A DNA stretch of 64,000 nt, taken from contig JAJDNB010000040.1 in NCBI GenBank assembly GCA_022340905.1, positions 9,603-73,602 on the forward strand, given 5' to 3'. Positions 1 through 9,032 of the stretch are shown piece by piece. The DNA is from Deltaproteobacteria bacterium. Lineage in GTDB: Bacteria; Desulfobacterota; Syntrophobacteria; BM002. The notes beneath the pieces were generated by a model. The model saw only the letters and a program-made list of their open reading frames with translations, had not been told where the DNA came from and did not search any database. Numbering within the stretch: position 1 is the stretch's first letter; every line of letters starts with the position of its first letter. A program made the translations under genes and the position numbers.

Positions 1-2
1 GC

Positions 3-281
3 CTGATGGTTCAGGCTGATATCGCTGAGTACGAGCAGGTGGGGGTGTATAACCTCTCCAACGGGGAACGCTTTGACACCTATGCCATAGCTGGGCCAGA
101 GGGATCCGGAGACATTTGCCTCAACGGCGCCGCTGCTCGCAAAGGCCAACCGGGTGATCTGATTATAGTAACCACCTACGCTTTGCTGAATGAAAAGGAA
201 TTGGCAAACCACCAGCCGAAAGTCATTCTTTTAGACGAGAACAACCGATCTCGGCCGGCGGTAGCGATGACCAGTAGATGA
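3..281 (+). CDS. panD: Aspartate 1-decarboxylase, 5' truncated by the window edge
   Basis: YNLSNGERFDTYAI...GDICLNGAAARK.QPGDLII matches PanD; the frame is open to the window start. Confidence 0.95.
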   Translation: MMVQADIAEYEQVGVYNLSNGERFDTYAIAGPEGSGDICLNGAAARKGQPGDLIIVTTYALLNEKELANHQPKVILLDENNRSRPAVAMTSR

Positions 282-288
282 CCAGAAC

Positions 289-1137
289 ATGAGATTTTTT
301 GCTTGGATTAAATCAACAATTCGTGGTTATTTTTTTGCCGGTCTCCTCGTCATCGTTCCGCTGGGCGTAACTTTGTTTGTGATAACAGCCATTCTCAGGC
401 TGATAGATCGTTTGCTCATCGTAATCCCTCCTAAGTTTCACCCTGATACCTATTTACCCTTCAAGATTCCAGGTCTCGGGCTTGTTCTTGCTTTGGCTCT
501 CATCATGATTACCGGGATTTTGGTCAAAAACTATATCGGTCGGCGGGTGGTGGACTTCGGTGAATCCATCCTTTCCGGTATTCCTCTGGTGCGACCGGTT
601 TATGTGGCGGTCAAACAGGTGATCCAGGCGATGTTCGGCGACACTCCCTATGCCTTTAAGCGGGCCATACTGGTTGAATACCCCCGCAAGGGCGTATGGG
701 CCCTTGCCTTTGTAACGGGAAAGACCTATAAAGAGATCGCTGAAAAGACCAAGAAGAAAATGATCAACGTTTTTTTGCCCACCACACCGAATCCTACCTC
801 AGGATTCTATCTGGTGATCCCCGAAGAAGATACCATTCCGCTGGATATCACTGTTGAAGATGCCTTCAAACTGCTGATCTCCGGTGGCGTCGTTGAACCG
901 GGAGGAAGGTTGCCCCAATTCCTCTTCGGCAGAAAGCAACGCAATGCGCGAATGGAGCAGATTCTGGCGCAAAGCGGACAGCCTGAAAACTCTGCTGCAG
1001 GCTCTGTCGAGTCTGATGACCAGTCTGAAAACGGTGAGGAAAATAGTACCCAATTAGAAGACAGGTCTATTTGCCATTCTGACAGCAGCCAGTCAGGAGC
1101 CGACAGTGAAGGGGAGAAAAATTTAACTGAAAACTAG
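289..1137 (+). CDS. DUF502 family membrane protein with acidic low-complexity tail
   Basis: N-terminal TM helices; LVEYPRKGVWALAFVTG and VFLPTTPNPTSGF are typical DUF502 motifs. Confidence 0.85.
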   Translation: MRFFAWIKSTIRGYFFAGLLVIVPLGVTLFVITAILRLIDRLLIVIPPKFHPDTYLPFKIPGLGLVLALALIMITGILVKNYIGRRVVDFGESILSGIPLVRPVYVAVKQVIQAMFGDTPYAFKRAILVEYPRKGVWALAFVTGKTYKEIAEKTKKKMINVFLPTTPNPTSGFYLVIPEEDTIPLDITVEDAFKLLISGGVVEPGGRLPQFLFGRKQRNARMEQILAQSGQPENSAAGSVESDDQSENGEENSTQLEDRSICHSDSSQSGADSEGEKNLTEN

Positions 1138-1226
1138 GCATTACCAGAAAGCCAGATAAGTAGGCTGGAAATCAAAGGTTCGGCTGAAGGCATATAGCTG
1201 GAAGCTAAAGTAAGGAGGCAGATTAC

Positions 1227-2396
1227 ATGTCTACAACCAACTATCTTTTCACTTCTGAGTCTGTTGCGGAAGGACATCCGGACAAGGTAGCCGACAAGAT
1301 TTCTGATTCGATTCTGGATGCCATCATGGCCGAGGACAAGCAGTGTCGTGTGGCTTGCGAAACCATGGTGACCACAGGGATGGCCATAATTGCCGGCGAA
1401 ATTACTACAAGCTGTTGGGTGGATATGCCGCAGATCGTTAGAGACACGATTAAGGAGATTGGTTACAACAATTCCGGCATGGGATTCGATTGGGAAACCT
1501 GTGCGGTCATGACCTCCATTGACAAACAATCGCCGGATATCTCCCAGGGAGTAACTGCAGGTGAGGGTCTTTTCGAAGACCAAGGCGCCGGAGACCAGGG
1601 GCTTATGTTCGGTTATGCCTGCAGTGAGACCCCCGTTTTAATGCCCATGCCAATCTACTATGCCCACCGGATAACCCGGAGGCTGGCGGAAGCTCGCAAA
1701 AGCGGGGTTTTGGACTTCCTTCGCCCTGACGGTAAGTCACAGGTGACGGTGGAATACGATAACGGTGTGCCCAAGAGAGTTCACACCGTAGTTGTAGCGG
1801 CTCAACATGTTCCCCAGGTGAAGTACGACACCATCCGGGAGGGGATCCTTGAAGAGGTGATCCGCAAGGCCATACCAGAGAATATGCTTGATGATCAAAC
1901 AAAGTACTTTATCAATGCCACAGGCCGGTTTGTAATCGGCGGCCCCATGGGAGATTGTGGCCTCACCGGCCGTAAGATAATCGTTGATACCTACGGCGGC
2001 CAGGGGAGCCACGGAGGCGGCTGTTTTTCCGGCAAGGATCCATCCAAGGTGGACCGGAGCGGCTCATACATGGCGCGATACGTAGCCAAGAATATTGTTG
2101 CCGCCGGATTGACAGAAAAATGCGAAGTCCAGGTCGCCTACTGCATTGGTGTTGCTGAGCCAGTGAGTTTGATGATTGACACTTTTGGTACTAGCAAGAT
2201 CTCTCCAGATCGAATTGCGGAAATAGTAAGGGAAACCTTCACTTTCAAGCCGGCCGAAATTATCAAACATCTAAAGTTGCTGAGGCCCATCTTTAAGAAG
2301 ACTGCCTGTTATGGACACTTTGGTCGCAATGATCCTGATTTTACCTGGGAGCACACTGACAAGGTGGATGAACTCAGGGAGAAGGCGGGGATCTAG
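1227..2396 (+). CDS. metK: S-adenosylmethionine synthetase
   Basis: [35 protein letters not shown]; AGGAGG RBS upstream. Confidence 0.99.
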   Translation: MSTTNYLFTSESVAEGHPDKVADKISDSILDAIMAEDKQCRVACETMVTTGMAIIAGEITTSCWVDMPQIVRDTIKEIGYNNSGMGFDWETCAVMTSIDKQSPDISQGVTAGEGLFEDQGAGDQGLMFGYACSETPVLMPMPIYYAHRITRRLAEARKSGVLDFLRPDGKSQVTVEYDNGVPKRVHTVVVAAQHVPQVKYDTIREGILEEVIRKAIPENMLDDQTKYFINATGRFVIGGPMGDCGLTGRKIIVDTYGGQGSHGGGCFSGKDPSKVDRSGSYMARYVAKNIVAAGLTEKCEVQVAYCIGVAEPVSLMIDTFGTSKISPDRIAEIVRETFTFKPAEIIKHLKLLRPIFKKTACYGHFGRNDPDFTWEHTDKVDELREKAGI

Positions 2397-2443
2397 TTCA
2401 GCTAGCAGCTTGCAACTGGCATCGGGCAGCGATTCATATTTGA

Positions 2444-3760
<1,317 letters not shown>

Positions 3761-3788
3761 GGATTGCGGATTGCGGATTGCGGATTTG
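3761..3788. repeat. Heptamer tandem repeat (GGATTGC)x3 + GGATTTG directly after the ahcY stop
   Basis: Read directly: ggattgc ggattgc ggattgc ggatttg. Confidence 0.95.
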
Positions 3789-3913
3789 GTAATAAACAAA
3801 GGAATCAGAAGATGTAACTTGCAGGATAGAGATCAATCCCTGAAGAATTCTGGCTCCCGACTTTCGACTCACGAAACCTGTCCCATCGAATAAGACAAGA
3901 CTGCCGGGATAGA

Positions 3914-5128
3914 GTGATGAATAACCATGTTGACAACCTATTGGTATTCATTTTGTCTCTAGCTTTAATGGTAGCTGCAGCATGTGCTCCCTCTAAGGTA
4001 GCCGCACCGATTACTGGCCAAGAGGAAGTACTCAGGATTGTCGATCCCTTTTCCGTACCGCTGGAAAGGGACGACCTGCCTCGAGATTTATTGGAAGAGG
4101 CACTTACTAATAGCCTGAGCTATTATGAACGGCTTCCCGAGGATACAACCTTCAAATTTGGTACCGAAGAAGTACAAGTCGACCGTATCAAGCGATCCTT
4201 GCGCACTTTTCTTTTTTTGCTCAGAGACACAACCTCCTGGACGGAACTGGCAGACAAGGTTAGAGAGAACTTTGTTATCTACCGGTCCGTCGGCCGGGAT
4301 GAGGAGGGGGAAGTGCTATTTACAGGGTACTTCGAGCCCACCATCCAGGGAAGCCTCACTCCGGACGAACACTACCGTTACCCTATCTATGGCGTTCCAG
4401 ACGATCTTCTCAATATCGATCTAGGACTTTTCAGGGATGAGTATCGGGGAGTGAGGCTGGTGGGACGGGCAGAGGGAAAACGGGTCGTTCCTTACTACAC
4501 CAGAGAAGAAATCGATCGCTACGGCAAGTTGGCCGGTAATGACTATGAGTTGGCGTGGGTGGCTGATCCAGTGGAACTTTTTTTTCTGCGGATACAAGGC
4601 TCCGGACGCATCCGCTTACTGAACGGAGAGTCGATTCGACTTGGATATGCTGCCCAAAATGGATGGCCATGGCGGCCTATCGGAAGATTAATGATCGAAG
4701 AAGGGCTCATACCAAAAGAGGCCATGTCCATGCAGGCCATTCGTCGTTATCTGAAGCAGAATCCTGAGAAAATGTCTGATATTTTTGCTTACGATCCGAG
4801 CTATGTATTTTTCCAAGCCGAAAAGGGAGGTCCTTTTGGCAATATAGCTGTGCCGCTTACGTCCGGGCGATCAATCGCAACCGATTCTTCTATTTTCCCC
4901 AAAGGAGCGCTCGCCTTTATTGAATGTCAGAAACCAGTTTTTGCCAAAGATGGCGTTATTTTAGGATGGGTTCCTTTCGGCCGTTATGTGCTTAATCAGG
5001 ATACCGGCGGCGCCATTCGTGGACCCGGACGGGTAGATCTTTTCTGGGGCAACGGTCCCTTCAGTCGCATTGCTGCCGGGCACCTCAAGCACACCGGCTC
5101 CCTTTATTTTCTCCTCCTTAAAGAGTGA
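3914..5128 (+). CDS. mltA: Membrane-bound lytic murein transglycosylase A (MltA/3D domain), probable lipoprotein
   Basis: Lipobox-like VAAAC, FTGYFEP, FFLRIQGSG, DPSYVFF, QDTGGAIRGPGRVDLFWG with the catalytic Asp. Confidence 0.92.
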   Translation: MMNNHVDNLLVFILSLALMVAAACAPSKVAAPITGQEEVLRIVDPFSVPLERDDLPRDLLEEALTNSLSYYERLPEDTTFKFGTEEVQVDRIKRSLRTFLFLLRDTTSWTELADKVRENFVIYRSVGRDEEGEVLFTGYFEPTIQGSLTPDEHYRYPIYGVPDDLLNIDLGLFRDEYRGVRLVGRAEGKRVVPYYTREEIDRYGKLAGNDYELAWVADPVELFFLRIQGSGRIRLLNGESIRLGYAAQNGWPWRPIGRLMIEEGLIPKEAMSMQAIRRYLKQNPEKMSDIFAYDPSYVFFQAEKGGPFGNIAVPLTSGRSIATDSSIFPKGALAFIECQKPVFAKDGVILGWVPFGRYVLNQDTGGAIRGPGRVDLFWGNGPFSRIAAGHLKHTGSLYFLLLKE

Positions 5129-5139
5129 GTAGGCTTATT

Positions 5140-5195
5140 AGGTTTCAGGTGCCAGGAGAAAAGACACAAGAGCTGAAACCTGAACACTGAAACCT
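5140..5195. repeat. Palindromic intergenic element (TTCAGGT/TCAGGTG family), copy 1
   Basis: Left arm aggtttcaggtgccagg, right arm ctgaaacctgaacactgaaacct; homologous to 32676-32745. Confidence 0.85.
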
Positions 5196-5206
5196 TCTTC
5201 ACTTTG

Positions 5207-5536
5207 TTATTTCTCCGTCTTTTCCCCCTGATCAGTCTGACCTACATCTGCCTCAACGACGGTCTGGATTATGAACTGGTTAATTACCCTAATCTCGTCA
5301 AATATGCGCGAAAGTTCCAGGAGCTTGTCTACTTCTCCTTCATTGATTACGGCGAAAAATTTTTGCTGTACGAGACGAAAACGGTCGATAAGAGCTGCCT
5401 CTCGCTGCTTGAGCTCGAGCAAGAACTCCTCCGGTGACTGCATTTGTTCATACCTGGATTCCAATGTCAGGTAGGTTTCGCGATAGTGATGGGCAAGTGT
5501 TTTGAGGTGTTCGGCAAAATGAGGCATATCATTCAT
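5207..5536 (-). CDS. Hypothetical all-alpha protein (109 aa)
   Basis: AGGAG RBS before ATG 5536; amphipathic helical sequence; no recognised family. Confidence 0.65.
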   Translation of the reverse strand: MNDMPHFAEHLKTLAHHYRETYLTLESRYEQMQSPEEFLLELKQREAALIDRFRLVQQKFFAVINEGEVDKLLELSRIFDEIRVINQFIIQTVVEADVGQTDQGEKTEK

Positions 5537-5953
5537 AAATAGTACTCCTGTCTTGTGGGCTCGGGCTGGAGGGCACAATGGACTGGATTGTAAATGGTCT
5601 AGGTTCAACAATAAAGTAGTTTTTACCCTTGAATTTCTCACTTTGCAATGCAATAATTAGCGAAGTTACGAAATTACAATCATTTTTTCTTTCCGGGTAT
5701 TTTTGGCCTAAAGTGTGATTTTCGGACGCGATTTCAGCTTTTTTCATCCTTTTACCCGTGGATCTTTTAGACACTGCCGGTGACTGAAAAGTGGACGGCT
5801 GTTTGCGACCAGTTTTGCTCAAAAAGGGCACAGGACGGAGGAGTTGCGACTGGGGCCCGGCGAGAAACACAATTTTTTGTTTCTTGGTCGAACTGGCAGG
5901 GTGCTTCTCTTGTCTGTACACGGGTTAAAGCCCCTAAAGGTAAGCACAACTTC

Positions 5954-7354
5954 ATGGAGAAGACCATAAACATAGTTGTCTCAGAGCGGATCAGAGTGCC
6001 TGCCGCATATCTACCTCCGATGCTCAAGAAGAAGCTCACCGAAAGGCTTGTCTTTACCAATCCAGAGTATGAGTTTCGCCAGAGTCGGGGTGAGTGGTTG
6101 GGAAGCATACCGCCCCAGATTCACTGTATGTATGAGCAAAGACGCAATTATTTTATACCTAAAGGATTTCTTCATCAATTGTTGGATCTCTGCCAGAGTT
6201 TTGGTGTCAAGTACCGACTGACTGACCGACAACGGGAGCTTGAACCGGTTGAGTTCCAATTCCACGGCGTATTGAAAGACTACCAGGAGCTGGCCTATGA
6301 GGAAATGACAACGAGAGATCACGGCACTTTGGTTGGCGGTGCAAAGAGCGGAAAAACAGTTATTGCCCTCTATCTTATGTCCCAACGTCAACAGCCAACA
6401 ATGATTGTTGTACCCAATGTTGCTCTGCTGGGCCACTGGAAGGAAAAGCTTGTTCGGTTCCTCCAGGTGTCTCCGGATGAAGTGGGCATCATAGGCGAAG
6501 GCAAGTTTGAGGTGGGGCCCCGTGTTTCAGTGGCACATGTGAGCGCTCTTTACCGCCGAGTACGTGAGGTGCGTGACAAGGTGGGGCATTTGGTGGTAGA
6601 TGAGTGCCACCGTACTCCCTCTCGTACTTTTACCCAGGTAGTTAGCAATTTTGACTGCCGCTTTTTGTTGGGATTATCTTCTACGAATCAGCGGCGAGAC
6701 CGGCTCTCACGTCTCATTTACTATTATGTGGGAGACATTCTTCATCAAATTGATGCTCGCAAAGCAACAGAGATAAGAGCAATATTCCAGGCCGACGTAG
6801 TGGTTCGTCAAACAGATTTCGAGTATCCCTACCAAAGCAGTGAGGATTATCCTGCCATGCTTGAGGCCCTGGCCAGAGATCCGGAGCGTAATCGGCTCAT
6901 TGCAGATGACGTCTCCAGCGAAATAAACGAAGGCGCTGGAGCCCCACTTCTGGTGTTAACCCAAGATGAGGACCAGGACCACACCTTGAAGGATATGCTG
7001 GACGAGGAGGGAGTCTCGAGCGTGTCGATAGACCCTGACCTGATTGCGAAAGGGGAAAAGGGGTTAGACAAACAATTGAAGAGCAAAGACATCCAGGTGG
7101 TGTTGGCCAACCGTCTTTTATTTCAGCAGGTGATTTCTGAGACAAAATTTAAAGCTCTCTTTCTTACTACTCCTCTCAATTTCAGGGGGAAGACAATAAG
7201 TTGGTTTCAGGAGATATTGAGACGCGATGATGGCCAGCGGCTGATAAAGGTATACGATTATGTGGATACTAAGATAAGCATCCTCGACAACTTCTTCCGC
7301 ATGCGCAGTTATGCTTATGGACTGCGGCTACCAAGAGCTGCTCCCCCCAAGTAA
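5954..7354 (+). CDS. SF2 DEAD/DEAH-like helicase (XPB/Res-III-like) with degenerate motifs IV-VI
   Basis: Q-motif LKDYQ, SGKT Walker A, DECH, GLSST, terminal VYDYVD; ATG 5954 preferred over the ORF-track start 5780. Confidence 0.85.
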   Translation: MEKTINIVVSERIRVPAAYLPPMLKKKLTERLVFTNPEYEFRQSRGEWLGSIPPQIHCMYEQRRNYFIPKGFLHQLLDLCQSFGVKYRLTDRQRELEPVEFQFHGVLKDYQELAYEEMTTRDHGTLVGGAKSGKTVIALYLMSQRQQPTMIVVPNVALLGHWKEKLVRFLQVSPDEVGIIGEGKFEVGPRVSVAHVSALYRRVREVRDKVGHLVVDECHRTPSRTFTQVVSNFDCRFLLGLSSTNQRRDRLSRLIYYYVGDILHQIDARKATEIRAIFQADVVVRQTDFEYPYQSSEDYPAMLEALARDPERNRLIADDVSSEINEGAGAPLLVLTQDEDQDHTLKDMLDEEGVSSVSIDPDLIAKGEKGLDKQLKSKDIQVVLANRLLFQQVISETKFKALFLTTPLNFRGKTISWFQEILRRDDGQRLIKVYDYVDTKISILDNFFRMRSYAYGLRLPRAAPPK

Positions 7355-7386
7355 CTCCCCTCCCTCCCATCTCTGGCAGGAAGAAA

Positions 7387-7500
7387 TCAGAGGTCAGAAA
7401 TCAGATGCCAGAGGTCAGGGAAAAACCTGATCTCTGATCTCCGGCTTCTGACGTCTGTGGCGGACGATTTCAACGATTTGAAGGATTTGTCTAATGGACT
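7387..7500. repeat. Composite intergenic repeat: TCAGAGG heptamers with inverted arm, then ACGATTT-type nonamers
   Basis: tcagagg tcagaaa tcagatg ccagagg tcaggg ... cctgatctctgatct ... acgatttca acgatttga aggatttg. Confidence 0.8.
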
Positions 7501-7556
7501 TAGAGAAAGCTGACCCCAATGCGCCTGGCGCTTTGCTGTGGCCATGAGGAGAACTG

Positions 7557-8336
7557 TTGAGTAAGTTGCGAGTCGCTATCGGCGAACACCTAGAGAACTG
7601 TTCCCAAGTGATTACTCTCGGTGTACGTTCTCAGATAAGTGATTACACCCGAGAGGAGCGGGAACTGCTCCGGACTGCAGATATTATATTTTTTCCAACA
7701 ACCAAATTTGCAGATCTCTTTGCAACCCTGGGAAAGGTAACGTATCCAAGCGTTAACTGTTACCGTTTGCGAGGTGAGAGGCTGAAACACGTAGCCTTGC
7801 TTCGTATGCTTAAAGTGCCCTATCCGCGCACGCGCGTCTATTATGGTCAAAAGCAGAAGCAAAAGATTCTCGAGGATTTTGCATTTCCATTCATTGCCAA
7901 GAATCCCCTGAGTTCAGCAATTGGGAAGGACGTTTTTCTTATAGATAACAGCCCCAAACTGCAATGGTACAACAAAAAATGCAACCCAGCCTACATTCAA
8001 GAGCAGGTAATACCGCAGATGGAATTGCGGGTGGCTGTAATCAACTACCAGAAGGTGTTCGGTTCCTACCGTTGGATAGTTGGTGAGGATTCTCGCGCAA
8101 GTTCCGATCATGGCACCGAATGGCAGACAAAAAATATGCCTAGTGAAGCAATTACCCTTGGAAAGAATATTGCCTGTCAGGGCAGTCTCTCTGAGGTGAC
8201 GGTGGAGATGATCTTCGACGGAAGTCAGTTTCAGGTTGTTGAACTCACCTTCCCATATGGTCAAACTGAAACGCTTCACACCGGACACGAACGGCTTAGG
8301 GCGATCTTGGAGATGATCGAAGGAGGAGAGCTTTAG
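7557..8336 (+). CDS. RimK-like ATP-grasp protein with degenerate catalytic motifs
   Basis: GAGGAG RBS with TTG start; VPYPRTRVYYG, FPFIAK, GKDVFLI, PAYIQEQ, ELRVAVI fit the RimK-like ATP-grasp fold. Confidence 0.75.
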   Translation: MSKLRVAIGEHLENCSQVITLGVRSQISDYTREERELLRTADIIFFPTTKFADLFATLGKVTYPSVNCYRLRGERLKHVALLRMLKVPYPRTRVYYGQKQKQKILEDFAFPFIAKNPLSSAIGKDVFLIDNSPKLQWYNKKCNPAYIQEQVIPQMELRVAVINYQKVFGSYRWIVGEDSRASSDHGTEWQTKNMPSEAITLGKNIACQGSLSEVTVEMIFDGSQFQVVELTFPYGQTETLHTGHERLRAILEMIEGGEL

Positions 8337-8370
8337 GCCCAGGCGCGCTGCCCCATGCCTTTTCGCTTTT

Positions 8371-8385
8371 CGCCTGGCGCTTTGC
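8371..8385 (+). repeat. 15-bp exact direct repeat CGCCTGGCGCTTTGC; other copy at 7522-7536
   Basis: Identical 15-mers lie on both sides of the ATP-grasp gene. Confidence 0.85.
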
Positions 8386-8401
8386 GCCAGGTGAAATAGC
8401 A

Positions 8402-8431
8402 TTGACACCTTAGAGCGCACCTCGTTATAAT
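8402..8431 (+). promoter_or_regulatory. Sigma70 promoter of tRNA-Leu
   Basis: TTGACA (8402-8407), 18 nt, TATAAT (8426-8431): perfect hexamers just upstream of the tRNA. Confidence 0.9.
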
Positions 8432-8445
8432 CACACCACTAATAT

Positions 8446-8533
8446 GCCGGAGTGGTGAAACTGGTAGACGCGCTGGACTCAAAATCCAGTGGGCCTTGTG
8501 CCCGTGGGAGTTCGACTCTCCCCTCCGGCACCA
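8446..8533 (+). tRNA. tRNA-Leu (anticodon CAA), CCA encoded
   Basis: GCCGGAG acceptor stem, D-loop TGGTAGAC, anticodon stem CTGGA-CTCAAAA-TCCAG, long variable arm, GTTCGAC T-loop, CTCCGGCACCA end. Confidence 0.98.
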
Positions 8534-8544
8534 AGCGACTGCAA

Positions 8545-8590
8545 GGGGGTTGGCGGGATAGCCGCTGACCCCAAAGTGTTTTGTTTTTTG
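8545..8590 (+). terminator. Intrinsic terminator after tRNA-Leu
   Basis: GGGGTTGGCGG-GATAG-CCGCTGACCCC hairpin followed by a T-rich run. Confidence 0.7.
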
Positions 8591-8923
8591 ACTATTTATC
8601 GTCTCCCACATACCATCCTCGTGTTTTTCGGCGGATCATTGTCCCAGTGAAAATGTGGGTTTTTGATCTGACACGCTTCTAGCTACTTTGATCCCATCAT
8701 GACTGATCATAGGCATTTTTAGATAGGAGGCTATTCAGGCTAACAGAATAATTTATCAGGCTTTGGGGCGAGGATTTCCACTTGGCAAATTTGTAGAAGT
8801 ATTCCGAGGAATTTGACCGACTGAGGCGAGCTGTAAAGAATAAGGGAGATGAGGTCGGCAGAATGCAAGGTAAGGCCAAAGACTTGGGGTATATTTGCAG
8901 TTTGAGTTGCCAGTTTTATGGCC

Positions 8924-8956
8924 TCGCGACCGCAATTCACGAAACGTCCGGGCTAG
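8924..8956. mobile_element. Solo right end of the TAGCCCGG-family MITE
   Basis: 27/32 identity by hand count to 31462-31493; ends in CCGGGCTAG. Confidence 0.7.
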
Positions 8957-9032
8957 AGGAAATAGCTTAGATATCTAGAGCTTTTGCGGGGCAGTCAATA
9001 GGTTTTGAGAAAATGAGACAGGAGAGTGGATT

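Noticed and set aside
1138-1226. SAM or SAH riboswitch before metK or ahcY
   Set aside because: Gaps are short and lack the conserved cores; the metK gap is filled by GCTG(G)AAG-like repeats
5780-5953. Longer ORF-track N-termini (helicase 5780, also der 33949, lolA 20752, binding protein 35067, nagZ 31297)
   Set aside because: Extensions run through promoter or repeat DNA or another gene; downstream starts fit RBS position and domain boundaries better
8520-8533. Prophage or island att site at tRNA-Leu
   Set aside because: No second copy of the tRNA 3' end noticed and no integrase in the window
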